A DNA stretch of 64,000 bases from an uncultured Candidatus Saccharibacteria bacterium (GTDB taxonomy: Bacteria > Patescibacteriota > Doudnabacteria > UBA920): NCBI GenBank assembly GCA_964483665.1, contig CAZACP010000003.1:29692-93691 (forward strand). Direction: 5' to 3'. This document shows positions 36,342 through 44,728 of this stretch, one piece after another (the stretch's first letter is position 1; the number at the start of each line of letters is the position of its first letter). The position numbers were made by a program, and so were the translations under genes. Under the pieces are notes generated by a model. The model saw only the letters and a list, made by a program, of their open reading frames with translations. It made no database searches and had not been told where the DNA came from.

Positions 36342-37751
36342 TTATTTAATAATTTGTGCTCCACCTTCAGAACCAATCGCATTAATATCCGTGCTGCTAA
36401 TTGGTGGTATACCGTCCCACCTAATTGCCAGATGATTTAACCGTCTTTTTAGTTCATCAACGTCACTTATTTTTAAAGCACTACAGATTTTCATAGCTGT
36501 TGGATAATCAACCGCTTCAAAAATGAATCTCGGAGTATCTCTTAACCAAATATCACTCCTTGGATACCAATCACCAGCAAACCTCTCGGTAGTTTGCCCC
36601 TCTCCGTATAAGTGTAAAAAGAAATCAGCTTCTGCAAAGTCTTTAAAAGGCCTAATAGAGGCAAGCTCACCAGCATTATGTCTATCTTTTAAAATGTCCG
36701 CATGTAAAGATAAACGTTTTTTGTTCCGTCCCTCATCAGCTAACCAAGGAGAATACTCCGAAAGTTCTGTCCACGATGCTTTTCTTTCATTGTAATAATG
36801 TAGAGTTCGCCCAACGGATAAAGTCCCTTTCAGAATTTCTTTTAATTCACTCCATTTATTTTCACATAAAAAAGGAGATATAAAATTTACAAAAAGTTCA
36901 TGGCCAACAAACTTATAGTAATCTCCATCACAATTCCAATTAGTACCTCCGTTCGGTAAAAAAGGATGGTATTTAGTTAAAATCTTACCGAACCACTGGA
37001 ATACTTCTTTCGCAGAATTCATATCATCCATTAAGACTATGGTTTCTGCGAGTTGTGAAAATTCTGCTGATATATTCTCGGTTTTTGGAATGGCACCCAA
37101 AAATTCCTCTAAGGTTCCACCATCCCGTTTCATTGGAGGTTGCAATTTTTCAATTTTTCTAAACAGGTCATTGAGGTATGTTCTAAGTTCAATTTTTTTA
37201 CTGGGAGTATTGTTTTTTATAACATCAATAATAGATACTTGTAGTTTTTTGGGAGATGTAAGTGTTAATCCATTAAGTAAAGCAACCTTTAAATCTCTAA
37301 CCAACCCAGCTTTAATATTTGAACGATCCGTTGTGGTTTCAGGACACTCATACGTTAAAGTTCGATGCATTCGCAAATCAAAAGGCAATTTCTCCACCTC
37401 ACCAAATGCGGTATTAAAAACCAAAATTATTCGTTCATGGCCTAATGATTTAAAAGCGTATCCCAGTTCTATTAAAACATTTGGATTGGGCAGAAAACGC
37501 TTTCCTGCGTTCCCAATGATTGATACATCTGCTACAAAAATATCGGCTTTATCTATTTTTTGAAAAATTGCCGTGGCAATATTTGGTGCACCTGCAACCC
37601 CTTGAGTATCACGATCAATCACAGGCTCTATATCAGCACTATCATCATTTTCTATGGCTTTTGCTGCTTCTTTTAGTGCATTCTCAATTAACGTGCGGTT
37701 TGTGCCATTTGGTAAATCTGACTGCCAGGAATAAAAAACTATTTTTTTCAT
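36342..37751 (-). CDS. Protein with N-terminal TIR-like / nucleoside-2-deoxyribosyltransferase-like (Rossmann, ELGYA motif) domain and an uncharacterised 300-aa C-terminal domain; candidate defence or signalling protein
   Basis: MKKIVFYSWQSDLP...ADIFVADVSIIGNAGKRFLPNPNVLIELGYAFKSLGHERIILVFN: the catalytic-Glu ELGY motif and overall pattern match the TIR-like/NDT fold families (Cap12-like). Confidence 0.45.
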   Translation of the reverse strand: MKKIVFYSWQSDLPNGTNRTLIENALKEAAKAIENDDSADIEPVIDRDTQGVAGAPNIATAIFQKIDKADIFVADVSIIGNAGKRFLPNPNVLIELGYAFKSLGHERIILVFNTAFGEVEKLPFDLRMHRTLTYECPETTTDRSNIKAGLVRDLKVALLNGLTLTSPKKLQVSIIDVIKNNTPSKKIELRTYLNDLFRKIEKLQPPMKRDGGTLEEFLGAIPKTENISAEFSQLAETIVLMDDMNSAKEVFQWFGKILTKYHPFLPNGGTNWNCDGDYYKFVGHELFVNFISPFLCENKWSELKEILKGTLSVGRTLHYYNERKASWTELSEYSPWLADEGRNKKRLSLHADILKDRHNAGELASIRPFKDFAEADFFLHLYGEGQTTERFAGDWYPRSDIWLRDTPRFIFEAVDYPTAMKICSALKISDVDELKRRLNHLAIRWDGIPPISSTDINAIGSEGGAQIIK

Positions 37752-37886
37752 ATTTTTTAGCGTAACTGAGGAATAAAAAATAAATGGGTAGGTAAATAGA
37801 TGGATTACCCATTTTAATATAATACCTTTATAATTTTTTAGCCAGGACCGAGGGGTCCTGGCTAAAGTTGTTTTATTCTATTTTCC

Positions 37887-38306
37887 TTACATCATCCACT
37901 TAAACACAACAGCAATTATTTCTACGCAGGCTAGGCTGGCGCCTATGGAGATGGCAATTTTTGTCCATATCCATTCCGGTTTAGTTCCGCCAAATATAAC
38001 GGCTGCGGCTTGAGTTGGCATCATAAACCCGAGCCAATAGTGGAAGGCTAAGTTATAAATGTTCCAGTTTGGTAAGACGTTGGTTACTAAAATAGCAAAC
38101 ACTACAGTGGTGACTAAAGTTAATATAAACTGCACCACTAACCACTTCCACATACCCGCCATCATCTCTTTCTGCTTTTCCTGCGGCACTTGGTCAAAGC
38201 CGTGAATTTTGCCCCATACTTTGCCAAAAATTGGCATATACCAAATTGCGCCAAAAATAAACTGCGCAATAGCAGCTACTAAAATAGCCTTATAATTTAA
38301 GTCCAT
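37887..38306 (-). CDS. DUF1761-like integral membrane protein
   Basis: 139 aa, 4 hydrophobic helices; the AILVAAIAQFIFGAIWY start is typical of the family. Confidence 0.5.
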   Translation of the reverse strand: MDLNYKAILVAAIAQFIFGAIWYMPIFGKVWGKIHGFDQVPQEKQKEMMAGMWKWLVVQFILTLVTTVVFAILVTNVLPNWNIYNLAFHYWLGFMMPTQAAAVIFGGTKPEWIWTKIAISIGASLACVEIIAVVFKWMM

Positions 38307-38370
38307 AGATTATTATTAATAATTTAATTTTATATATTCTAACATTCTTTCTTAAAAATTTAAATTTTTT

Positions 38371-38823
38371 TTATTCAGTTTCTACCTTGTATTTCTTACG
38401 ACTCACCGCAAGCTTAATAATTTTTTCCAGCTCTTTTACATTAACGTCAGAAAGTTTGTTTATATAAAGACAACCCCCGCCTTCTTTGTATTTGCCCAAA
38501 TTTAAAAGAAAGTCATTTTCTTTGCTATTTACCTTAACACCATTAACTGCCATTTTAAAAATCTTCAAACCATAAAGCGCAATGTTCTGTGCTCTGGGAG
38601 AAAAACCTATTATCATCCATTCCGCTTCTTTTCCACTGGCGTATTTATATTTCATACGACCAAAACCAACTATGCTTTTCCCCCACATTTCCCCTTTAGA
38701 CTTTGTGGCTTTCTCCATAAGTTTAGAAATTACAGAGCAGTCTTTACGTTTCTCAGGATTTTTGATGGTACTCAAAAATTTTTCTACACTTGCTTTATTT
38801 ACCTTAGTTTTAATTTCAGCCAT
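38371..38823 (-). CDS. DUF1801 (YdhG-like) domain protein
   Basis: ...GEMWGKSIVGFGRMKYKYASGKEAEWMIIGFSPRAQNIALYG matches the DUF1801 core. Confidence 0.6.
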   Translation of the reverse strand: MAEIKTKVNKASVEKFLSTIKNPEKRKDCSVISKLMEKATKSKGEMWGKSIVGFGRMKYKYASGKEAEWMIIGFSPRAQNIALYGLKIFKMAVNGVKVNSKENDFLLNLGKYKEGGGCLYINKLSDVNVKELEKIIKLAVSRKKYKVETE

Positions 38824-38901
38824 AGGTACTTAGGTTAATTACTAATATAATATCAAAAACTTTATATTTGATCTATTTAGTAATATTGTTAAAATATAAT
38901 T

Positions 38902-39474
38902 ATGAAAGATAATCCAAAAAAACTTTATTGTTTTGTAGACGAAACTGGGCAGGACACTGGCAGTCAGGTTTTTGTTGTGGTTGCGGTAATTGTAACTTCT
39001 AACATTGAAACTGTTCGTCTAAGGTTAGAAGAACTGGAAAAATCTACCAAAATTGGCGTTACCAAATGGCACAAATCTAACTATAAGTACCGAATAGAAT
39101 TTTTGGGAGAATTTTTACGACAAGATAATAAAGACCTAAATATTTACTTTTTGAAAGTAAAGAAACCGGTATTCTATTGGCTACCTACTATAGAAGTCTT
39201 ACAAAAATCAATCCCTAATCATAGCGGTAGTGAAACACGAGTTATTATTTGTGTAGATGGCTTAGATAAATTCAGCTCCAAAAAATACACAAATGCTTTA
39301 AGAGGCAAAGACTTAAAAATCAAATTAGCCAAAGGTCCGCGTGACGAGTCCGAACCCTTAATAAGACTTGCTGACCGCTGGGCTGGCTGTATTAGAATGT
39401 CGCTATCTGCCAACAAAGATTGCGAGACTTTGGTAGCCAGAGCTAAAAAGCGGAGCTTATTAAAAGAAATATAA
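38902..39474 (+). CDS. DUF3800 family protein
   Basis: LYCFVDETGQD near the N-terminus (the DESG motif of DUF3800). Confidence 0.6.
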   Translation: MKDNPKKLYCFVDETGQDTGSQVFVVVAVIVTSNIETVRLRLEELEKSTKIGVTKWHKSNYKYRIEFLGEFLRQDNKDLNIYFLKVKKPVFYWLPTIEVLQKSIPNHSGSETRVIICVDGLDKFSSKKYTNALRGKDLKIKLAKGPRDESEPLIRLADRWAGCIRMSLSANKDCETLVARAKKRSLLKEI

Positions 39475-39650
39475 TAAAAAAACAAACCCCTTTCGGGGTC
39501 TGCGTTTTCGCCTAGTTTGAGATTGCTCTCAAACCCATTCTCCGCCATACGGTCGGGCCTTCAGCGAAAATCTATACAGGAAGTATAGCAAAAACCTAAG
39601 TCCAAGTCAAATAAAAATTTTTGGCTTAAGTATAGTATAAATATCAACTT

Positions 39651-40016
39651 ATGAAAGAAGACTCAAAAACTTTAGAACGAGTACATAACATGATTTTTGC
39701 CGGAGTGTACCCTATGTACATTCTTAAAGCAGAGAAAAAAGGTAGGACAAAAAAAGAAGTCGATGAAATTATTTGCTGGCTTACAGGTTTTTCTAAAAAA
39801 GAATTAGCTTCAGAGATTAAAAATAAAACGAATTTTAAAAATTTTTTTACTAAGGCTCCTAAAATGAATCCTTTATAAAATTTAATTACGGGGGTTATTT
39901 GCGGCGTAAGGGTAGAAGAAATAAAAGATAGGGTTTACAGAGAAGTTAGGTACTTAGACAAGTTGATTGATGAACTAGCCAAAGGCAGGGCAATGGAAAA
40001 AATTTTAAGGAAATAA
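39651..40016 (+). pseudogene. DUF2200 family gene interrupted by an in-frame TAA at 39876-39878; the frame continues to 40016
   Basis: VYPMYILKAEKKGRTKKEVDEIICWLTGF is DUF2200-like. After NPL-TAA the same frame reads [45 protein letters not shown], then stop. Confidence 0.5.
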
Positions 40017-40053
40017 AAAACACCAACTTAAGCAGGTGTTTTTTATAAACTTT

Positions 40054-40482
40054 TTATTTATTAGGGTAAAATTCAATTATCCACTCAATGCCGTATTTGT
40101 CTCTAAACATACCGGCGTACGAACCCCAAGGACCTTCGCCCATTGGTCCTTCTACTTCACCCCCAGCAGAAAGGCCATTAAAAAGTTTGTCCGCTTCTTC
40201 TTTAGTGTCGCAACTTACAGAAATTTTACTTCGGTTTTCGCGTTCATTAACTTTGCCCATTACTTCCGGCACGTCGTTTGCCATTAGCATGTTATTTTTT
40301 CCAATTGGCAAAGTAATAAGCATTATTTTATTAGCCTCTTTTTCTGGTACCGGGAACTCAGCAGTTGCTATGTCTTTAAAGCGTACAATTTTTCCAAACT
40401 CCCCGCCAAAAACCGATTTGTAAAAAGTAAAAGCCTCTTCCGCATTGCCGTTAAAGTTAATCCATGGGTTTATAGTTGTCAT
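40054..40482 (-). CDS. VOC-family (glyoxalase/PhnB-like) protein
   Basis: INPWINFNGNAEEAFTFYKSVFGGEF, the PhnB-type N-terminus; 142 aa. Confidence 0.75.
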   Translation of the reverse strand: MTTINPWINFNGNAEEAFTFYKSVFGGEFGKIVRFKDIATAEFPVPEKEANKIMLITLPIGKNNMLMANDVPEVMGKVNERENRSKISVSCDTKEEADKLFNGLSAGGEVEGPMGEGPWGSYAGMFRDKYGIEWIIEFYPNK

Positions 40483-40610
40483 ATTTACCCCGTCTAATTA
40501 AATATTATTCCAATATTATATATTATAATACAAAAAAAGAAACGCCGTGTCCGATTGGGTAACCGGGCGTGCGCTAATTCATGGCGGTGTCGCCGGCCTG
40601 TTAGGCAGAC

Positions 40611-40718
40611 TTAAATTTTTCGTCGTTTAGATGCCGCGACAACAATCGCGGCTAGGACGATCACTGCTACAAGCGCAAGGACCAAAAAAGGTTCTTTGCC
40701 TGTAATTTGAAATCCCAT
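40611..40718 (-). CDS. Possible 35-aa single-TM peptide MGFQITGKEPFLVLALVAVIVLAAIVVAASKRRKI
   Basis: AGGAGGAGG Shine-Dalgarno 7 nt upstream on the minus strand; GC-rich; below the ORF-track cutoff. Confidence 0.3.
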   Translation of the reverse strand: MGFQITGKEPFLVLALVAVIVLAAIVVAASKRRKI

Positions 40719-40810
40719 AGCCTCCTCCTTTCTGGATATGTTTCTAAGATTTTACATACTACCAAAAAAGGCTAATAAAGTCCAGGCTCAAAATATCATC
40801 AAAAATTATT

Positions 40811-40893
40811 TTAGTTTCGAATCTTACCATTTTTCTACTCTGCCCAAAATAAAAATCCTCAATGGTTATTGAGGATTTTTATTGGCTCGGAGC
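40811..40893. repeat. Direct repeat copy A (83 bp: tRNA-downstream flank with terminator-like hairpin and a tRNA-3'-end-like remnant)
   Basis: Aligns with 41843-41926; ends ttggctcggagc versus ttggctcgggagc (tRNA acceptor/CCA). Confidence 0.65.
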
Positions 40894-41070
40894 AGTTGAC
40901 CGTGTTAGAAGTTTTTATATTCAAAAGGAGAATTCTAGATTCATATTAGTAACTGATGCTATTGCCCCAACCGCCGTTAAATGATATACTTTTTAGTCCT
41001 GCATATGCGGGAAGCCCAAACTCCAAGGGCAAGTTTGGAGCAACAACAATCTAGATTTGGAGGAACAGCT

Positions 41071-41766
41071 ATGCCAGAACATAGAACCCCCTCCGAGGGT
41101 AGAGTGTTAGACTTCGTGCTTAAAACCGTATGTCCGAATGTGCCACGAAACCTCCAGCCTGACGTCATGGACGCTTGGGCAAAGGAAAGCGGCGCATTGC
41201 AGAAGCGGTTGCACGGATCACTCGTCTCGGGACCGGGGTTGGAATTCCTAGCACCGAAATCAGTAAAGAGGCTCAAGGTGCCGGTAAACTACGACCTAAC
41301 GTGGGATCAAGCTCTAGGCGACTACGAGCTTCCTCAAAAGCACGTAGACATCCGGCTACTAGGAGCTTACGACTCTACTGGCAAAAAGGGTGTGGTTGAA
41401 ACCGAAATGCTTTTCGTAAACTTCGGCGAGACTCAGTTGGTGCCACAGGTGCTGGCTTGGGGTGTTGCCAACTACTATCACCCTATCAGCTTCCGTGAAG
41501 TGCTTGCGGTGGGTTCCACGCATCCCAAACTTCACGATGAGTTTGGGTGCGAGAAGATGACGCTCTGGAGCCTTAAACCGTGTTCGGTAAAACGAGTGAA
41601 GCAAGCTATCTGGATTTCAACCAGCATTGGTGACAAGCCTTGGGCAACCATGACATGGATGCCAACATCGCTCGCTCCCATCGATTGGATTGGGTTCTAC
41701 TACCGATCGCCTCTGATCGAGCCGATCCCTAACCCCCAACGAATCCCTGAAGTGCTTAAACCATAG
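41071..41766 (+). CDS. Hypothetical protein in a GC-rich 1-kb insertion
   Basis: GGAGGA Shine-Dalgarno, then MPEHRTPSEGRVLDF...; the ORF track start at 40981 is upstream and in frame; a terminator hairpin cccgatcgagtccggtcggg plus a T-run follows. Confidence 0.5.
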   Translation: MPEHRTPSEGRVLDFVLKTVCPNVPRNLQPDVMDAWAKESGALQKRLHGSLVSGPGLEFLAPKSVKRLKVPVNYDLTWDQALGDYELPQKHVDIRLLGAYDSTGKKGVVETEMLFVNFGETQLVPQVLAWGVANYYHPISFREVLAVGSTHPKLHDEFGCEKMTLWSLKPCSVKRVKQAIWISTSIGDKPWATMTWMPTSLAPIDWIGFYYRSPLIEPIPNPQRIPEVLKP

Positions 41767-41842
41767 TCTTTAGCCCGAGCCTTGCTGCGAAGAAAGGCAC
41801 CCGATCGAGTCCGGTCGGGTTTTTCATTTTATAAAATTTAAT

Positions 41843-41926
41843 TTGGTTTCGAACATTACCATTTTTCCACTCTGCCCAAAATTAAAATCACCAACAAACA
41901 TTGGTGATTTTAATTGGCTCGGGAGC
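41843..41926. repeat. Direct repeat copy B (includes the genuine tRNA 3' end)
   Basis: See copy A. Confidence 0.65.
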
Positions 41927-41955
41927 TGGGATTCGAACCCAGGACCCATCGGTTA

Positions 41956-42508
41956 CACTTTACCCTAATATTTCTATTAGGCGTGGACTATATCATTCCG
42001 CCAGAGGCGGACGAGGGGCTTCCCAATCCCACATAGTGGGATAAGTACTCTCTTTCGAGATAGTCTCTGAACCTTCAATGACTTTTCGTCAAAGCTTGGC
42101 TGCTGATTGCCATATCCTTATAAGGATTTAGGGTTCCAGCAATTCACCTCGTTTTTCACTTCCCAATTGCTTGAGAAGGCTGCAATAGACCGGCATGAAT
42201 TTCCTTATGACAGTTGGAACAAATAAGTACGCACTTATTTAGTTCTGCTAAAGTTTTTTGCCAGGACCTTGTTAGGCCATTGGCACCAAGTCCAAAACCT
42301 TTGGTTTTGGGGTCAAGATGATGAAACTCTAGGGCACCGGCGCAACGGTTATATCCACAAAATTGGCATTTGCCACCTTTGTGGGCTATTGCCATTTCTT
42401 TAATCTTTTTGCGCCGTTTGTCTACTGCCTTTTTAAGGTATTCTGCGCGGTCGGAATATTTCCTTTTATCAGGCATAAATTTATGTTTACTGATAAAGGG
42501 TAGTGTTC
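41956..42508 (-). mobile_element. Group I intron (conserved P, Q, R, S elements) with embedded HNH homing-endonuclease ORF
   Basis: In RNA sense: P GUGAAUUGCUGGAACCC, Q GGCAAUCAGCAGCC, R GGUUCAGAGACUAUC, S AUGAUAUAGUCCACG, P9 hairpin CCUAAUAGAAAUAUUAGG, terminal G. Confidence 0.75.
42156..42476 (-). CDS. HNH endonuclease (intron-encoded)
   Basis: CQFCGYNRCAGALEFHHLDPKTKGF...NGLTRSWQKTLAELNKCVLICSNCHKEIHAG: the HNH His-Me finger with two CxxC pairs. Confidence 0.85.
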   Translation of the reverse strand: MPDKRKYSDRAEYLKKAVDKRRKKIKEMAIAHKGGKCQFCGYNRCAGALEFHHLDPKTKGFGLGANGLTRSWQKTLAELNKCVLICSNCHKEIHAGLLQPSQAIGK

Positions 42509-42648
42509 ACAGCCGATTGCTCTACCGCTGAGCTACTCCCGAACGTTTGTTGAATATATTCAACTTACGATATTTTAACATCAAATTTAAATTTCATCAA
42601 CCCCAAACAAATTAGCTGGATGCTAGTATTTTTTGTTATAATCTAACT

Positions 42649-42945
42649 ATGAGTAAAGTTTTAAAAATCTGCAGCCGCGGACATAAGTTTTATAAAAGCA
42701 GCGACTGTCCTGTCTGTCCTGTTTGTTGGTCAGGTTGCTACAAAAACAAAATCCAAAATGACTTTCCTAAACTTAGCGCGCCGGCTTTAAGGGCGCTTTT
42801 ACATGCCAAAATAACTTCCCTAAAACATTTAACAAAATTTACAGAAAAAGAACTACTCGAGTTACACGGCTTTGGACCTTCGTCCCTCCCGCCTTTAAGG
42901 CAAACTTTAAAAAAACTTGGGCTGGCTTTTAGAAAAAACAAATAA
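42649..42945 (+). CDS. Small zinc-ribbon plus helix-hairpin-helix-like protein, hypothetical
   Basis: CSRGHKFYKSSDCPVCPVC ... ELLELHGFGPSSLPPL. Confidence 0.45.
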   Translation: MSKVLKICSRGHKFYKSSDCPVCPVCWSGCYKNKIQNDFPKLSAPALRALLHAKITSLKHLTKFTEKELLELHGFGPSSLPPLRQTLKKLGLAFRKNK

Positions 42946-42954
42946 TTTTTCACA

Positions 42955-43344
42955 ATGAACAAAGACATAACAGCTTACAATCAAAAACAAAAAGTGCCTT
43001 ACAAAGCTATTTGCGTAAAGCTGGCAAAAGAATTACAAGTCGGGCTAAAAAACTCTGAAAGCAAAGTCTGGCATGGCTCCCCCGTTTGGTTTTTAGAAGG
43101 TAACCCTGTGGTAAGTTTTGCGGTTAGGAAAATTGGCGTACAACTGCTTTTTTTTAGCGGGCAGTCGTTTAAGGAAAAAGGACTTTCACCCGAAGGCAGT
43201 TTTAAGGCAGCAGAAGCCAGGTTTTTAAATGTGAAAGAAATAAACAGCAAAGACTTAAAACGCTGGCTAAAAAAAGCCAAAACCATACAGTGGGATTATA
43301 AAAATATAGTTAAAAGACGAGGCAAGTTAGTAAAATTAAAATAA
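42955..43344 (+). CDS. DUF1801-like hypothetical protein
   Basis: 129 aa; weak pattern similarity to the DUF1801 core. Confidence 0.4.
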   Translation: MNKDITAYNQKQKVPYKAICVKLAKELQVGLKNSESKVWHGSPVWFLEGNPVVSFAVRKIGVQLLFFSGQSFKEKGLSPEGSFKAAEARFLNVKEINSKDLKRWLKKAKTIQWDYKNIVKRRGKLVKLK

Positions 43345-43393
43345 ATTTTTAAAAAACCTGAGTGTTTTGCATTTGAAAACTTTTTACTAATTT

Positions 43394-43699
43394 ATGCCTA
43401 ACAATACTATATTCAAAGGTACTGTTCATACAATTCCACAAGATTTAAAAAATGCCTTAAGTGCCGACAAAAGGGCGTTGGTTATTTGGCAAGGTCTAAC
43501 TCCCCTGGCCCGCAATGAATGGATTTGCTGGGTGACTTTTGTAAAAAAAGAAGAAACAAGAAAAGAGCATATTAACAGAACCATAAGCCAGCTTAAACAA
43601 GGCAAGCGCCGGCCGTGCTGCTGGATAGGCTGCATACACCGCAAAGACAAACCACCAAGCCAGTTTATAAAAGCAATTTTAAACAAGAACAAAAAATAA
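43394..43699 (+). CDS. YdeI/OmpD-associated (OmdA) family protein
   Basis: LTPLARNEWICWVTFVKKEETRKEHINRTISQLKQGKRR matches the YdeI/OmdA C-terminal signature. Confidence 0.6.
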   Translation: MPNNTIFKGTVHTIPQDLKNALSADKRALVIWQGLTPLARNEWICWVTFVKKEETRKEHINRTISQLKQGKRRPCCWIGCIHRKDKPPSQFIKAILNKNKK

Positions 43700-43703
43700 C
43701 TAA

Positions 43704-44687
43704 ATGAAACTGACGTTTAAAATTTTTTTAATATTGGGAATTTTTAGTTTTGGTATTGTACTTGGCGTTTTTTACGAACGCAAAAAAATAATACAACCCC
43801 ATATATTAAAAATTCAGGAAGCTAATTCAAACTATAAATACACGGCACCGCTTTTAGGTATAGACATTGCCGAAATAAAATACTTTCCCGAGTACAAGGA
43901 TCTGGAAAGCAAAATTAGCCGAATTATAGAAGACTATAAAAAAACCAAAAATATTTACAGCGCTTCGGTCTATTACCGAAATTTAAACAACAGCACCTGG
44001 ATGGGTATAAACGAAACCGAAGCTTACTCTCCCGGCAGTTTGTTTAAAGTGCCCGTTATGATTGCCTACTTAAAACAGGCGGAGGCTGACCCCGACATTT
44101 TAAATGAAAAAATTAAATTCATCGACCCCCGGCTTAAGGCCGAACCTCAGGCTACGCCGCCCAGCAAAGAAATAGAATTCGGCAAAACATACACAATCGA
44201 AGAATTGCTGGAGTATATGATTGCCTATTCTGACAATAACGCGGCAAATATATTGGCTTCCAAAATTTATTTGGACGCAAATAATTCATATACGGAAATG
44301 ATGCGGGATTTGGGTCTGTCTGTTTTTGCCGAACAAATTTCTGCCAAAGATTACTCCATGTTTCTAAGAATTTTATATAATGCAACATATTTAAACGCCG
44401 AAATGTCTGAAAAAGCCCTAAAAATTTTGGCAAAAACTGAATTTAAGGAAGGTATAATAGCCGGACTGCCTCCGGGCATAGAAGTTTCCCATAAATTCGG
44501 GCAATTCGGCTTTGTGGAAGAAAACAAACAGTATGAAGAATTCCACGAATGCGGCATAATCTACGCGCCAAGTAACTTATATTTGCTTTGTGTTATGACC
44601 AAGGGAGATAACGCAGAAATACAAAAAAATTTAATTAAAGACATTAGCCGGGAAATTTACCAACAAACCGCGACAAAAAAAGATTAA
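43704..44687 (+). CDS. Serine hydrolase, class A beta-lactamase-like (membrane-anchored)
   Basis: SxxK motif YSPGSLFKV, SDN motif YSDNNAAN, KTG-like HKFG. Confidence 0.7.
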   Translation: MKLTFKIFLILGIFSFGIVLGVFYERKKIIQPHILKIQEANSNYKYTAPLLGIDIAEIKYFPEYKDLESKISRIIEDYKKTKNIYSASVYYRNLNNSTWMGINETEAYSPGSLFKVPVMIAYLKQAEADPDILNEKIKFIDPRLKAEPQATPPSKEIEFGKTYTIEELLEYMIAYSDNNAANILASKIYLDANNSYTEMMRDLGLSVFAEQISAKDYSMFLRILYNATYLNAEMSEKALKILAKTEFKEGIIAGLPPGIEVSHKFGQFGFVEENKQYEEFHECGIIYAPSNLYLLCVMTKGDNAEIQKNLIKDISREIYQQTATKKD

Positions 44688-44728
44688 GGCAATATGATAC
44701 AATTGTAAAAGGAGGCTCTAAAAATAAA

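Larger units (their letters stand above)
41915..42542 (-). tRNA. tRNA-Asn(GUU) interrupted in the anticodon loop by a 553-nt group I intron (exons 42509-42542 and 41915-41955)
   Basis: The spliced sequence UCGGGAG-UA-GCUC-AGCGGUA-GAGC-A-AUCGG-CUGU/UAA-CCGAU-GGGUC-CUGGG-UUCGAAU-CCCAG-CUCCCGA-G-CCA folds as a canonical cloverleaf. U1-A72 and G73 fit Asn identity. The 5' exon ends in U and the intron ends in G. Alternative junction placements would give GUG or UGU anticodons. Confidence 0.7.

Noticed and set aside
41915-42542. Reading the split tRNA as tRNA-His(GUG), with the loop CUGUGAA taken entirely from exon 1
   Set aside because: The 5' exon would then end in A rather than U, which is unusual for a group I 5' splice site. 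The tRNA also has U1-A72 and G73 with no G-1/C73 His identity set. An Asn(GUU) junction after U35 satisfies both the U/omega-G rule and Asn identity elements. The UGU (Thr) alternative is not fully excluded.
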